A stretch of 64,000 nt of DNA from Verrucomicrobiota bacterium. GTDB lineage: Bacteria; Verrucomicrobiota; Verrucomicrobiia; Opitutales; Coraliomargaritaceae. Below, piece by piece: positions 17,459 through 29,638 of this stretch. A model generated the notes under the pieces. That model did not search any database, was not told where the DNA came from, and saw only the letters and a program-made list of their open reading frames with translations. A program made the translations under genes and the position numbers. The stretch lies in contig JBCBZJ010000004.1 of assembly GCA_039815375.1 (NCBI GenBank), positions 160,001 to 224,000 of the forward strand, given 5' to 3'. The number at the start of each line of letters is the position of its first letter. The stretch's first letter is position 1.

Positions 17459-18148
17459 ATGCACATCGTATGTTTCAAACATGTTCCTTTCGAAGGTCCG
17501 GCTGCCATCGCCGATTGGGCTCAATCGCGTGGGCACTCTATCGAATGCATCGAGGTCTATGCCGAAGATCCGCTCCCTGATGCAAACCGGTATGAGATGC
17601 TGATCGTGATGGGTGGGCCGATGAATATTTATCAGGAGGGACTCTACCCCTGGCTTGCAGTAGAGAAACAAGCGATCCGCAAGGCGATTGACGGCGGCAA
17701 AATCGTGGTCGGTGTATGCCTCGGCGGGCAACTGATCGCCGATGTGCTGGGGGGCTCTGTGACTCGCGGCGATACAGTCGAGATTGGATGGCTCCCGATC
17801 GAACGAAGTCGAGACTGCCCCAGCGAACTGCCCCTACCCGATTCGCTGCACGTCTATCACTGGCATGGTGATACCTTTGCCCTGCCCGATAATGCGGTGC
17901 GGATTGCTTCAACGAAGGGGTGTGCGAACCAGGGCTTTCTTTACAATAAACGCGTGCTGGGCCTGCAATGCCATCTGGAAACGACGCGCGAAAGTATGAA
18001 CGCACTTATCGAAGCTTGTGAGGAAGAGAGTAGCGAAGGGCCTTTCATACAGAGCGCAGAAATGATGCGGGCCGAACCGGACGAAACATTCGAAAAGATG
18101 CAGGCCGTTCTCTTCGAGATACTGGATCAGATTTCAAGTCATGGGTGA
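17459..18148 (+). CDS. Type 1 glutamine amidotransferase
   Basis: HVPFEGP, MGGPM, GVCLGGQLI, HWHGDTF, QCHLE. Confidence 0.9.
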   Translation: MHIVCFKHVPFEGPAAIADWAQSRGHSIECIEVYAEDPLPDANRYEMLIVMGGPMNIYQEGLYPWLAVEKQAIRKAIDGGKIVVGVCLGGQLIADVLGGSVTRGDTVEIGWLPIERSRDCPSELPLPDSLHVYHWHGDTFALPDNAVRIASTKGCANQGFLYNKRVLGLQCHLETTRESMNALIEACEEESSEGPFIQSAEMMRAEPDETFEKMQAVLFEILDQISSHG

Positions 18149-18794
18149 ATTCGAAATCATCGACTGGGGTCGCACCGTCTACGCGGAGGCTTTCAATAAA
18201 CAAAAAGAGCGCGTCGAGCTGCGAAAGACCGACGCCTGTGCGGACGCTCTCATCTTCACCGAGCACGATCCGGTGTTTACCATGGGGCTACGCAAGGGTG
18301 CCGACCAACATCTGATTTGGAACAGAGCCCAGCTTGCTGAGCAAGGCATCGAGGTTTTCCAGAGTAACCGCGGTGGCGATATTACCTATCATGGGCCGGG
18401 GCAAATCGTGGGATACCCCATCCTTTCGCTCACGCACCAAAAAGACCTGCATGCTTATCTACGCAACCTCGAAGAAATCGTTATCCGCACTCTGGCAGTC
18501 TTTGGCCTCGAAGCTACACGCCGCGATGGCAAAACCGGCATTTGGCTGGAGGCACGCAAGATCTGTGCAATTGGGGTAGCGGTCAAGAGCTGGGTCACTT
18601 ATCATGGATTCGCTTTAAATGTGAACCCGGACCTGAGCCATTTCGATGGAATCGTGCCATGCGGCATTACCGATGGCACGGTCACTTCTTTGGCCAATGA
18701 ACTCGATCACTCGGTCGAATCGACCGAAGTGAAAGCGGCTTTAGCAGTTGAATTTCAACGTGTTTTTGCAAACAGTGGCGTAGATAATGATTGA
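18141..18794 (+). CDS. lipB: Lipoyl(octanoyl) transferase
   Basis: EHDPVFTMG, RGGDITYHGPGQ, KICAIG, HGFALN, IVPCG. Confidence 0.96.
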   Translation: MGEFEIIDWGRTVYAEAFNKQKERVELRKTDACADALIFTEHDPVFTMGLRKGADQHLIWNRAQLAEQGIEVFQSNRGGDITYHGPGQIVGYPILSLTHQKDLHAYLRNLEEIVIRTLAVFGLEATRRDGKTGIWLEARKICAIGVAVKSWVTYHGFALNVNPDLSHFDGIVPCGITDGTVTSLANELDHSVESTEVKAALAVEFQRVFANSGVDND

Positions 18795-19716
18795 ACGAAA
18801 ACCAGATTGGCTGCGCGCTAAGCTCCCTACGAGCAAGGAATACAAGGAGGTCCGCAGCATCGTGGACTCCCATGATCTACACACGGTCTGTAAGAGCGCA
18901 CAATGCCCGAACCTAGGCGAATGCTGGTCGCGCGGCACCGCAACGGTCATGATTCTGGGTAATATCTGCACACGCTCCTGCCGTTTTTGTGCTATTCAAA
19001 CCGGTCGTCCGACGGAGCTTGACCTGGGCGAGCCGGCCCGTGTGGCCGAGTCCATTGCAAAGATGAATCTGCAGCACGCAGTCATCACTTCGGTGGCTCG
19101 CGACGACTTAAAAGACGGCGGTGCCTCTGTATGGGCCGCAACGATTCGTGCAATTCACCACCGGATGCCCGAATGCGCGGTTGAGGTGCTGACGGCCGAC
19201 TTCCGCGGTCAACAGGAATATCTGGATCTGGTGCTCGACGCCTGCCCTGATATTTTCAATCACAACCTCGAAACGGTCAAGCGCCTCCAGCGCCCGATCC
19301 GTAAAACCGCCCGCTATGACCGCTCACTCTGGGTGCTCGAACATGCGAAGTCGCGCGGATTCATCACCAAAACCGGCATCATGCTTGGCATTGGTGAGAA
19401 GGAAGACGAGATCAAGGAAGTCCTGCAGGACATGGTCAATGTCGGGGTTGACGTGTTAACCATCGGACAATACCTGCAACCGACCAAGGAACACCAACCG
19501 ATTGATCGCTGGGTGCACCCCGAGGAGTTTCAGCGCTGGAAAGAATACTCGCTCGAAATAGGTTTTGGAGTTTGCGAATCCGGGCCGTTAATTCGTTCTT
19601 CCTACCACGCAGAGGAGCAGTCAGCAAAGTATGACGTACAGGCCCGCCGTAGAGCGATGCAGGCAGAGGTGAAAGCCGCCAAAGAAGTTGAAGCCCTGAT
19701 GGGCGTTTCGGCCTAG
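18787..19716 (+). CDS. lipA: Lipoyl synthase
   Basis: CX4CX5C (CKSAQCPNLGEC), radical-SAM CTRSCRFC, RSSY. Confidence 0.97.
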   Translation: MIERKPDWLRAKLPTSKEYKEVRSIVDSHDLHTVCKSAQCPNLGECWSRGTATVMILGNICTRSCRFCAIQTGRPTELDLGEPARVAESIAKMNLQHAVITSVARDDLKDGGASVWAATIRAIHHRMPECAVEVLTADFRGQQEYLDLVLDACPDIFNHNLETVKRLQRPIRKTARYDRSLWVLEHAKSRGFITKTGIMLGIGEKEDEIKEVLQDMVNVGVDVLTIGQYLQPTKEHQPIDRWVHPEEFQRWKEYSLEIGFGVCESGPLIRSSYHAEEQSAKYDVQARRRAMQAEVKAAKEVEALMGVSA

Positions 19717-20777
19717 ATCCAGTCTTCGCCTCTTGACTTGAGGGCCTTGGCCAGCACCCGGGCAAAAAACGGTCCACGGTACACCCATCCGGTGTAGAGT
19801 TGAATCATAGAAGCACCTGCGTCGATTTTCTCACCGGCAGACTCGGCCGAATCGATGCCACCGACACCGATAATCGGCAGTTTACCCTCGGTCGAACGGT
19901 AGATATAGTTGATCACATCATTGGAACGCCGACGGATAAGCTCACCACCGCTTAGGCCACCCGCCTCCTCACTGGAAAATCCATCAGGTCGTTGGATGGT
20001 GGTGTTTGTCGCAATGATCCCATCGTATTCGAGCTCGAGCAGGACCTGAAGGATGGAATCAATCTCACGGTAATCGAGGTCCGGCGCAATTTTGAGAAGT
20101 AGTGGATGTGGCTCTCGACCCAGCTTCTTGGCATGGCTCAGATTCTCATCGCGTATAGTGGACAATAAGTCGCGTAGGTAGACTTCGGACTGCAGTTCAC
20201 GCAAGCCAGCGGTGTTCGGGCTGCTAATGTTGATGGTGAAGTAGTCCGCCTGTTCGGCGAGCTTGCGAAAGCAGGCGAGGTAATCGTCAACCGCCTGATC
20301 GAGCGGCGTCGTCTTGGCCTTACCGATGTTGACCCCGACAGGCATTCCGCGTTTCCCTTTGGGATAGTGCTTCACCAGGGCATTGAGCATGGCATCGGCA
20401 CCTTTGTTGTTAAAGCCCATCCGGTTAACCAGTGCTTGGTATTCTGGATAACGGAAGAGGCGCGGCCGTGGATTGCCCGGCTGGCTCTCAGGTGTCACCG
20501 TGCCCACCTCAGCATGACCGAAACCGAGTGCTTCAATCGCCCGGGGAAATTCGCCGTCCTTGTCCATGCCGGCAGCGAGACCGACCCGGTTGGGAAACTC
20601 GAGGCCGAAGAGCTTTACAGGCTTATCTTCGCGGACCTGATTGTAGGCCCTAACAAGCTTACAAAGAGTCGGCATTGCACCAAGTGCCATCAGGGCAGTG
20701 CGGCCTCGGTCGTGTGCTTGCTCCGGTTCCATGCGAAACAACGCAGGCCGTAAAATGTTTTCGTATACAAATCCCAT
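19713..20777 (-). CDS. pyrD: Quinone-dependent dihydroorotate dehydrogenase
   Basis: GLAAGMDK, NRMGFNN, NISSPNT, LKIAPD, TNTT, GGLSG, IGVGGI. Confidence 0.96.
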   Translation of the reverse strand: MGFVYENILRPALFRMEPEQAHDRGRTALMALGAMPTLCKLVRAYNQVREDKPVKLFGLEFPNRVGLAAGMDKDGEFPRAIEALGFGHAEVGTVTPESQPGNPRPRLFRYPEYQALVNRMGFNNKGADAMLNALVKHYPKGKRGMPVGVNIGKAKTTPLDQAVDDYLACFRKLAEQADYFTINISSPNTAGLRELQSEVYLRDLLSTIRDENLSHAKKLGREPHPLLLKIAPDLDYREIDSILQVLLELEYDGIIATNTTIQRPDGFSSEEAGGLSGGELIRRRSNDVINYIYRSTEGKLPIIGVGGIDSAESAGEKIDAGASMIQLYTGWVYRGPFFARVLAKALKSRGEDWI

Positions 20778-20963
20778 ATGTTTCTGGTAAGAAACTTAGG
20801 CAAGCTAACAGCGCAACTATTCAAAACAATGAAAAAGAAGCAGTAGGATTTTTTCTGACAAAGCACTTTACAAAGCCGTTAAGGTGCATTTACCCCTAGA
20901 GAATCAAGCAGTTTTCAAATCTGCAACAGCCGCGCATCGGCCATCATCCCACAACCCAATACA

Positions 20964-21692
20964 ATGCCTAAACCAACTTCCAAACTTACTTGGTGCAAAG
21001 CACGCTTCGGCGAAGACATGAACTGGTGGGTCCAAGAGACCAGCGATCCCGTGCACTGGGATGTCGATGGACTCGGCATCATCGACCCGCGCCAGTTCCA
21101 ATACATCATTGACCTACTCGAACCCCTTCAGGACTACGGTCTTCAGAACGAGCTCGTCGACGATGCCTTCTACTCGTTCAGCATTGATAAGGTAGAAGAG
21201 GACAAGAGCGTTCTCCTCAAGCGAGTCAAAGACAGCATCCTCGAAAGCGAAGATCAACTCTTTGCGCTGCCTGATGTGCTTGACGAGGAAAAAGGTCCAT
21301 ATGCCGATTTGCTCGACCATGTTACCAAGCTTCGCATCAAGATGCTGAATGACCTGATCGATTTCTCCCAGACCCTGACCGTCGAAGAACTTGAAGAGGA
21401 AATCCGCGAAGCACAAAACGGGGATTTCATGGAAGGCCGTGCGACACACTTTTTTACCGAAGTCACTTCCATCCTCGAATATGTGCCCGATGGATTTGAG
21501 CTCGAGGAAGAGGGCGGCGAGCCCAAGTCCGAGGACGAAGAACTCGAAAAAGACCTCGGCGATATCGCGACTGACGAAGTCGACGAGAAGATTGAGGAAG
21601 ACGACACGATGAAGTGGGACGAAGAGGAAGAGGAGGAAGAAGAATACGAAGAAACCACGGCACCGCCCGACGAGCAAAGGGAAGAGAAGTAG
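20964..21692 (+). CDS. Hypothetical highly acidic protein
   Basis: 242 aa, host-like codons, D/E-rich C-terminal third. Confidence 0.8.
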   Translation: MPKPTSKLTWCKARFGEDMNWWVQETSDPVHWDVDGLGIIDPRQFQYIIDLLEPLQDYGLQNELVDDAFYSFSIDKVEEDKSVLLKRVKDSILESEDQLFALPDVLDEEKGPYADLLDHVTKLRIKMLNDLIDFSQTLTVEELEEEIREAQNGDFMEGRATHFFTEVTSILEYVPDGFELEEEGGEPKSEDEELEKDLGDIATDEVDEKIEEDDTMKWDEEEEEEEEYEETTAPPDEQREEK

Positions 21693-21726
21693 CAAGCGAA
21701 AGCGACGCCTCACGAGGGATCCAACG

Positions 21727-21795
21727 AAGCCCCGGTTTGGACTTAGTCTACCTGCCCCGAGCATGTAGAAGAGGTCGAAGTCTCCCGGGGCTTTT
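21727..21795 (+). terminator. Long interrupted hairpin / terminator upstream of ffh
   Basis: AAGCCCCGG...CCGGGGCTTTT outer stem with nested GACTT/AAGTC and TCTAC/GTAGA stems. Confidence 0.5.
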
Positions 21796-21839
21796 CCATT
21801 GCCAAGGCTGAGGCACTATCTTTCATCAAACTCTTTAGC

Positions 21840-23201
21840 ATGCTTGAAAACCTGACAGATAAACTCGGCAACGCCTTACGCAACCTGCGTGGAACAGGCA
21901 AGCTGACCGAGGAAAACATGGCCGAGGCCTTAAAGGAAGTCCGGCAGGCTCTGCTCTCAGCTGATGTGCATTTCAAAGTGGCCCGGCAGTTTGTGGCCGA
22001 CGTTAAAGAACAGTGCGTCGGACAGGAAGTGTTGAAGTCGGTCACCCCTGGCCAGCAGGTCGTTAAGATCATCAACGACGAGCTTGCTAAACTACTCGGT
22101 GAGGGAACGACCGAGTTGGAAGATAAAAAGCCACTTCGCATCATGATGGTGGGGTTGCACGGCTCAGGTAAGACAACCAGTTCCGGAAAGCTCGCGCGCT
22201 ACCTTGCGAAAAAGCGCGACTATCGCCCCGCCCTAGTCGCATGCGATGTTTACCGACCCGCAGCGATCGATCAGCTCGAACTGCTGGCAACGAATGAGAG
22301 CTGCACATTCTACGGCGACCGAGAAGAGAAGGATGTCGTCAAAATCGGGAAGCGCGGTCTCGACGCAGCGAAGTCAGCCGACGCCAATCTCGTCATTTTC
22401 GATACCGCCGGCCGCCTGCAAATCGATGAAGACCTGATCGAAGAGATCAAGCAGCTGAAGCATGCCATCCAGCCCGATGAGGTGTTGCTCGTTGCCGATG
22501 CCGCGCTCGGTCAGGAAGCAGTGAATGTGGCGAAGCATTTCCACGAAGCCGTTCAGTGCACGGGTATCATCCTGACCAAGCTTGACGGCGATGCACGTGG
22601 TGGTGCGGCCCTCTCAATGAAGTCGATCTCCAATGTGCCGATTAAATTCATGGGCATTGGCGAAAAGCCGGATGAATTCGACGTCTTTCACCCGGATCGG
22701 ATGGCCTCCCGTATCCTCGGGATGGGTGATGTGGTATCTCTTGTTGAGAAGGCTCAGGAAACCATCGACGAAAAGGAGGCCGAGCGCATGGCTGAAAAAA
22801 TGCGCAAGGCAGATTTCAACCTCGAAGACTTTCTAGCCCAAATGCAGCAGGTTAAGAAAATGGGCTCCCTCAATTCGATCATGGGCATGATGCCGGGTAT
22901 GAGCGGTGTCGAAATCGGCGATGCAGAAGAAAAGAAAATGGCGCGGACCGAAGCCATAATTCAGTCCATGACCGTGCAGGAACGCCGGATGCCCCGTCTA
23001 CTTCGTGGCAGCCGCTTGAAGCGTATCGCCAATGGTTCCGGCGTGCAGGTCCGTGATGTCAACGCCCTACTAAAGCAATTCAATCAGATGCAGAAAATGA
23101 TGAAGATGATGCGGGGCGGCAAAGGCCGGAAGATGATGAAGGCAATGAAGGCACAAATGGGAGACGGCGGCGGGTTACCCGATCTCTCAGGACTAAAATG
23201 A
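21840..23201 (+). CDS. ffh: Signal recognition particle protein
   Basis: [32 protein letters not shown], Met-rich M domain. Confidence 0.97.
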   Translation: MLENLTDKLGNALRNLRGTGKLTEENMAEALKEVRQALLSADVHFKVARQFVADVKEQCVGQEVLKSVTPGQQVVKIINDELAKLLGEGTTELEDKKPLRIMMVGLHGSGKTTSSGKLARYLAKKRDYRPALVACDVYRPAAIDQLELLATNESCTFYGDREEKDVVKIGKRGLDAAKSADANLVIFDTAGRLQIDEDLIEEIKQLKHAIQPDEVLLVADAALGQEAVNVAKHFHEAVQCTGIILTKLDGDARGGAALSMKSISNVPIKFMGIGEKPDEFDVFHPDRMASRILGMGDVVSLVEKAQETIDEKEAERMAEKMRKADFNLEDFLAQMQQVKKMGSLNSIMGMMPGMSGVEIGDAEEKKMARTEAIIQSMTVQERRMPRLLRGSRLKRIANGSGVQVRDVNALLKQFNQMQKMMKMMRGGKGRKMMKAMKAQMGDGGGLPDLSGLK

Positions 23202-23244
23202 TTTGATTTACTAATACTAATACCATTTAAGCTTAATATAGCTT

Positions 23245-23525
23245 ATGGAATTAGCCCTTTTACTCTTCATTTTCGTGCTTGCGGCGTTCCTCGGCTTTGA
23301 GCTCATCTCCAAGGTGCCCTCGCAGCTGCATACCCCGCTGATGTCGGGTTCCAATGCAATTTCCGGCATCACTGTGGTCGGTGCGATTCTCGCCGTCAAT
23401 TTGGGCTCCGATCCGCTCAGCACTTGGATTGGTTTCGGTGCGATCGTTCTCGCCACAATCAACGTTGTCGGCGGCTACATGGTCACCGACCGCATGCTCG
23501 GTATGTTCAAGAAAAAGGACAGGTA

Positions 23526-23526
<1 letters not shown>
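23245..23526 (+). CDS. pntA: NAD(P) transhydrogenase subunit alpha, membrane part (alpha2/PntAb)
   Basis: VPSQLHTPLMSGSNAISGI, NVVGGYMVTDRMLGMFKK. Confidence 0.93.
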
Positions 23527-26107
<2,581 letters not shown>

Positions 26108-26714
26108 TCACGCTACCGGGACAAGCGGGCGAAGACAGTGCTCCGTTCATGCTCAAGCCGGTAGATTTCACTGCAGACATGGCGACAGAAGGCTCCAAAT
26201 TCGTTTTCGGTTATATCCGTCTTTTTACAAACGCGGAGGTTTTTGCCAAATTACTTACAACAACTGGATCGCACTGGCCCGGTGCCTGGCAGCTTATGCA
26301 AATGCTCTTTTGGACGATTGATAGTTATCTCCCAATCAACGGTATTTACACATCATCACGAACATCCCCAGCGAAGCAAAAGACAGACTAAATACTCTAT
26401 AAGACTGAGTCTGGGTGATACTACTGAGGAACCAAGCTAACAAACAGCAAAAACATACGGATATAAAGTATGAGCGACCGATCTGCATACGCTTTTTATT
26501 TCATTTTAATAAGGTTTAATGCCTACTTTCGGAATTCCAAAATTCAATTTTTAAATAGCGTTAAAAGTGGATAACTACGGCTTTAATACTGGAAACCTCG
26601 ACGATTAAGCCGACTACTCTCTTTAAGCAGGCTCGAACAAAGCCGGTTCGTAGCATATAACTATCAAATTTCACATTGCCAGCTGCAGCATCGAAGGACT
26701 TGTTTATCGCCTTC

Positions 26715-27194
26715 ATGAGCCTGTCGTCACCCAGTCAAACCAAGCTCGATGGTAGCAGTCTACGGATTGCGATCGTCGCTGCTCGCTACAATGAGACCTT
26801 GGTGGATGCTCTGGTTGAAAACGCCAGCAAGCATCTGCAGGACTCCGGCTGTGAGGTGCCAGTGATCCAGCGCGTGCCAGGCTCCGCCGAGTTGCCCTTT
26901 GCAGCCTCGATCATAGCAAAATCAGGTGCGTTTGATGCAATCATTGCAATCGGCATCGTTATCGCGGGTGACACGAACCACCACAACGTGATCGGAGATA
27001 GCACCGCCCGAACGCTCCAACAGCTGAGTATAGATTCCAGCCTGCCCATCATCAACGGGATCGTCGTAGTGGAAAATCAACAACAGGCCGAAGCCCGTGC
27101 AGGACAGGAAATTAATCGCGGCAAGGAGTTTGCCGAGGCAGCACTGGAGATGGAGGCCTACACAAGACAATGGAAGACCAAGAAAAACCCGTAA
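26715..27194 (+). CDS. ribH: 6,7-dimethyl-8-ribityllumazine synthase
   Basis: IAIVAARYN, VPGSAELP, IVIAGDTNH, PIINGI; ribH-nusB synteny. Confidence 0.93.
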   Translation: MSLSSPSQTKLDGSSLRIAIVAARYNETLVDALVENASKHLQDSGCEVPVIQRVPGSAELPFAASIIAKSGAFDAIIAIGIVIAGDTNHHNVIGDSTARTLQQLSIDSSLPIINGIVVVENQQQAEARAGQEINRGKEFAEAALEMEAYTRQWKTKKNP

Positions 27195-27631
27195 AAAAGA
27201 CACCGCAACGGCGCGAGAACCGAAAGTGCGCGGTGCAATTTCTCTATCAGTGGGAGCTGAATAAACCGGAACAGCTCAACGATGCTTTGCGCGTCTTTAT
27301 CGAAAGTCAGGATCAGCCGCGTGACTATTACGCCTTTTCCGAAGAGCTCGTCCACGGCACACTGGAGAACATCGATATAGTCGACAAAGAGATTCTCGAA
27401 CATGCCGCCAACTGGAAGTTTGATCGTATTGCAAAAGTCGATCTGGCCATTCTGAGACTAGCCATCTACGAACTCTTGAATCGCAAAGACATTCCTCCAA
27501 TTGTGAGCATCAATGAAGCCATCGAGCTCGGTAAGATTTTCTCCAATCCAGACTCAAAGCGCTTCATTAACGGAATCCTTGACCAGATGAAGAACAAGAT
27601 CAACCGGCCCCTCCGGGAAGCAGCCGATTAA
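27170..27631 (+). CDS. nusB: Transcription antitermination factor NusB
   Basis: RRENRKCAVQFLYQ, DLAILRLAIYEL, INEAIELGK, FINGILD. Confidence 0.95.
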   Translation: MEDQEKPVKKTPQRRENRKCAVQFLYQWELNKPEQLNDALRVFIESQDQPRDYYAFSEELVHGTLENIDIVDKEILEHAANWKFDRIAKVDLAILRLAIYELLNRKDIPPIVSINEAIELGKIFSNPDSKRFINGILDQMKNKINRPLREAAD

Positions 27632-27633
27632 AG

Positions 27634-28560
27634 ATGCGCGGACTCTTCAGGAAATTCAAGGAGGGCCTGAAGCGGCAAACGCCGACCTTCCAAAAGGCTT
27701 TTGATGGCGTCTTCACGGGTGCGAAGCTGGACGGCGATGCGCTGGAAGCCTTGGAAGAGGCTCTCTATACGGCAGACTTCGGAACCGAAACCGTTGAAGA
27801 GATCGTCGAAGAGATCGAAGTCGCCTACAAAGCCGATAAATCCATGCGCGGCGAAGACGCGGCCCGCATCGGCGCGAAGGTTCTACAACAGGTGCTCGAA
27901 GGCTCTGAAGGCCGTATTGATGTCGGCATGCACAAGCCCGAAGTCATTTGCCTCGTCGGTGTAAACGGTTCAGGCAAGACAACAACGTCAGCCAAGCTCG
28001 CAAACCTGTATCAGCAATCCGGATACAAAGTTATACTTGGTGCCTGCGATACGTTCCGTGCTGCGGCCAACGAACAAATCAAGCACTGGGCCGAACGCCT
28101 GAGCATCGACATTGTCGCAAGTCAGCACGGGGCTGACTCTGCAGCTGTTGCATTCGACGCCTACGAGGCGGCTCGAAGCCGTGCGTGTGACATCGTAATT
28201 CTGGATACAGCGGGGCGTCTTCACACCAAGAGCAACCTGATGAAGGAGCTTGAGAAGATGGGTCGCGTCATCAAAAAGCAGGATGAAAGTGCGCCACACC
28301 ACAGCTGGCTGGTGGTCGACGGAAGTCTCGGCTCCAACTCCATCGAGCAGGCACGAATCTTCCATCAAAGCTTTCCGCTTACGGGCCTCATCGTTACAAA
28401 ACTTGATGGAACCAGCCGCGGCGGTGCCATCGTTGGTATCTATCGCGAGCTCAGGCTGCCGATCTATTTTGTAGGCCTGGGAGAGCAACCGGATGACTTG
28501 CAACCTTTCTCTGCATCTGAATATGCTCAGGCTATCTTTGGAATCACCGATGAAAACTGA
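27634..28560 (+). CDS. ftsY: SRP receptor FtsY (short NG form)
   Basis: GVNGSGKTT, DTFRAAA, DTAGRL, TKLDGTSRGG, GLGE. Confidence 0.96.
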   Translation: MRGLFRKFKEGLKRQTPTFQKAFDGVFTGAKLDGDALEALEEALYTADFGTETVEEIVEEIEVAYKADKSMRGEDAARIGAKVLQQVLEGSEGRIDVGMHKPEVICLVGVNGSGKTTTSAKLANLYQQSGYKVILGACDTFRAAANEQIKHWAERLSIDIVASQHGADSAAVAFDAYEAARSRACDIVILDTAGRLHTKSNLMKELEKMGRVIKKQDESAPHHSWLVVDGSLGSNSIEQARIFHQSFPLTGLIVTKLDGTSRGGAIVGIYRELRLPIYFVGLGEQPDDLQPFSASEYAQAIFGITDEN

Positions 28561-29638
28561 GTCGCTCACCGTTGAACTCGCATCGCGCGCCTACCCCATC
28601 CATTTCGACGGAGCTGTGGATGCTTTGAAGATGGACGTGCAGGCACTCCGCTCGGCCGGACGCAGCGTCCGCGTAATCAGCGATGCAAGGGTCCTCAATG
28701 CCCAGCCGGAATACCTCGCCCAAACAGGTTTCGAAGATAACGAAATCCTTTCCCTGCCTTCCGGAGAGAAAACCAAATCGGTCGAGCATTTCAGCCAAGC
28801 ACTAAGCTTCCTCGCCGAGCAAGCTTGCAGCCGTGACTGCGCTCTATTCGCTTTTGGCGGTGGGGTGATCGGAGACCTCGCGGGCTACGTCGCGGCCAGC
28901 TATCTGCGCGGCATTGATTTCTACCAGATCCCGACCACCTTGCTCTCAATGGTAGATAGCTCGGTAGGCGGCAAAACCGGAATCAATCTGCCCGAGGGCA
29001 AAAACCTCGTCGGCGCCTTTTGGCAACCGAAAGCCGTCTACATAGATACGGTGCTTCTGAAAAGCCTGCCCGAACGTGAATTTGCTGCCGGAATGGCCGA
29101 AGTGATTAAATATGGCCTACTCGCGGACACCGAGTTGCTCACTGAAATAGAAAATTACGGAGGGCTCAAAGCCGAATCGGCGGAGTTGTCTGACGTCGTG
29201 CGCCGTTGTTGTGCAATCAAGGCTCAGGTCGTCGCTGACGATGAAGAGGAAACCGCCGGATCCAACGGACGTGCCCTCCTGAACCTCGGTCATACATTTG
29301 CACATGCGATTGAAAATGTTGCCGGCTATGGTGAATACCTTCACGGCGAAGCAGTTGCGATCGGCTTGGTCCTCGCAACGCACCTCTCAGTCGAGCTCGA
29401 ACAACTCCAGCCTGAATCGGTCGAGCGCGTCGAGAACATTGTCGCCAGCTACAACCTGCCGATCCGTCTGCAAAGCCACCTTCCAGTGGATCAGCTTATG
29501 GCAGCGATGCAGCGAGACAAGAAAACGCGCGCCGGAAAGCTTCGATTCGTGACCATGAAGGCCATGGGCGAGGCAATGACCAACGATGATGTCGATCCGA
29601 AACTGATCGAAGAAATTTGGGCAAAAGCGACCGCCTAG
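28550..29638 (+). CDS. aroB: 3-dehydroquinate synthase
   Basis: GGGVIGDLAG, PTTLLSMVDSSVGGKTG, LNLGHTFAHAIE, HGEAV. Confidence 0.96.
   Translation: MKTESLTVELASRAYPIHFDGAVDALKMDVQALRSAGRSVRVISDARVLNAQPEYLAQTGFEDNEILSLPSGEKTKSVEHFSQALSFLAEQACSRDCALFAFGGGVIGDLAGYVAASYLRGIDFYQIPTTLLSMVDSSVGGKTGINLPEGKNLVGAFWQPKAVYIDTVLLKSLPEREFAAGMAEVIKYGLLADTELLTEIENYGGLKAESAELSDVVRRCCAIKAQVVADDEEETAGSNGRALLNLGHTFAHAIENVAGYGEYLHGEAVAIGLVLATHLSVELEQLQPESVERVENIVASYNLPIRLQSHLPVDQLMAAMQRDKKTRAGKLRFVTMKAMGEAMTNDDVDPKLIEEIWAKATA

Noticed and set aside
21114..21764. 216-aa hydrophobic minus-strand ORF
   Set aside because: Antisense of the GAA/GAG-rich acidic gene, which yields spurious Phe/Leu runs
21727..21795. 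SRP (4.5S) RNA next to ffh
   Set aside because: Lacks the CAGG..GGAA..AGCA domain IV motif on either strand
26440..26714. FMN riboswitch upstream of ribH
   Set aside because: No AGGGCGGGG..AATTCCC RFN core; the region is simply AT-rich
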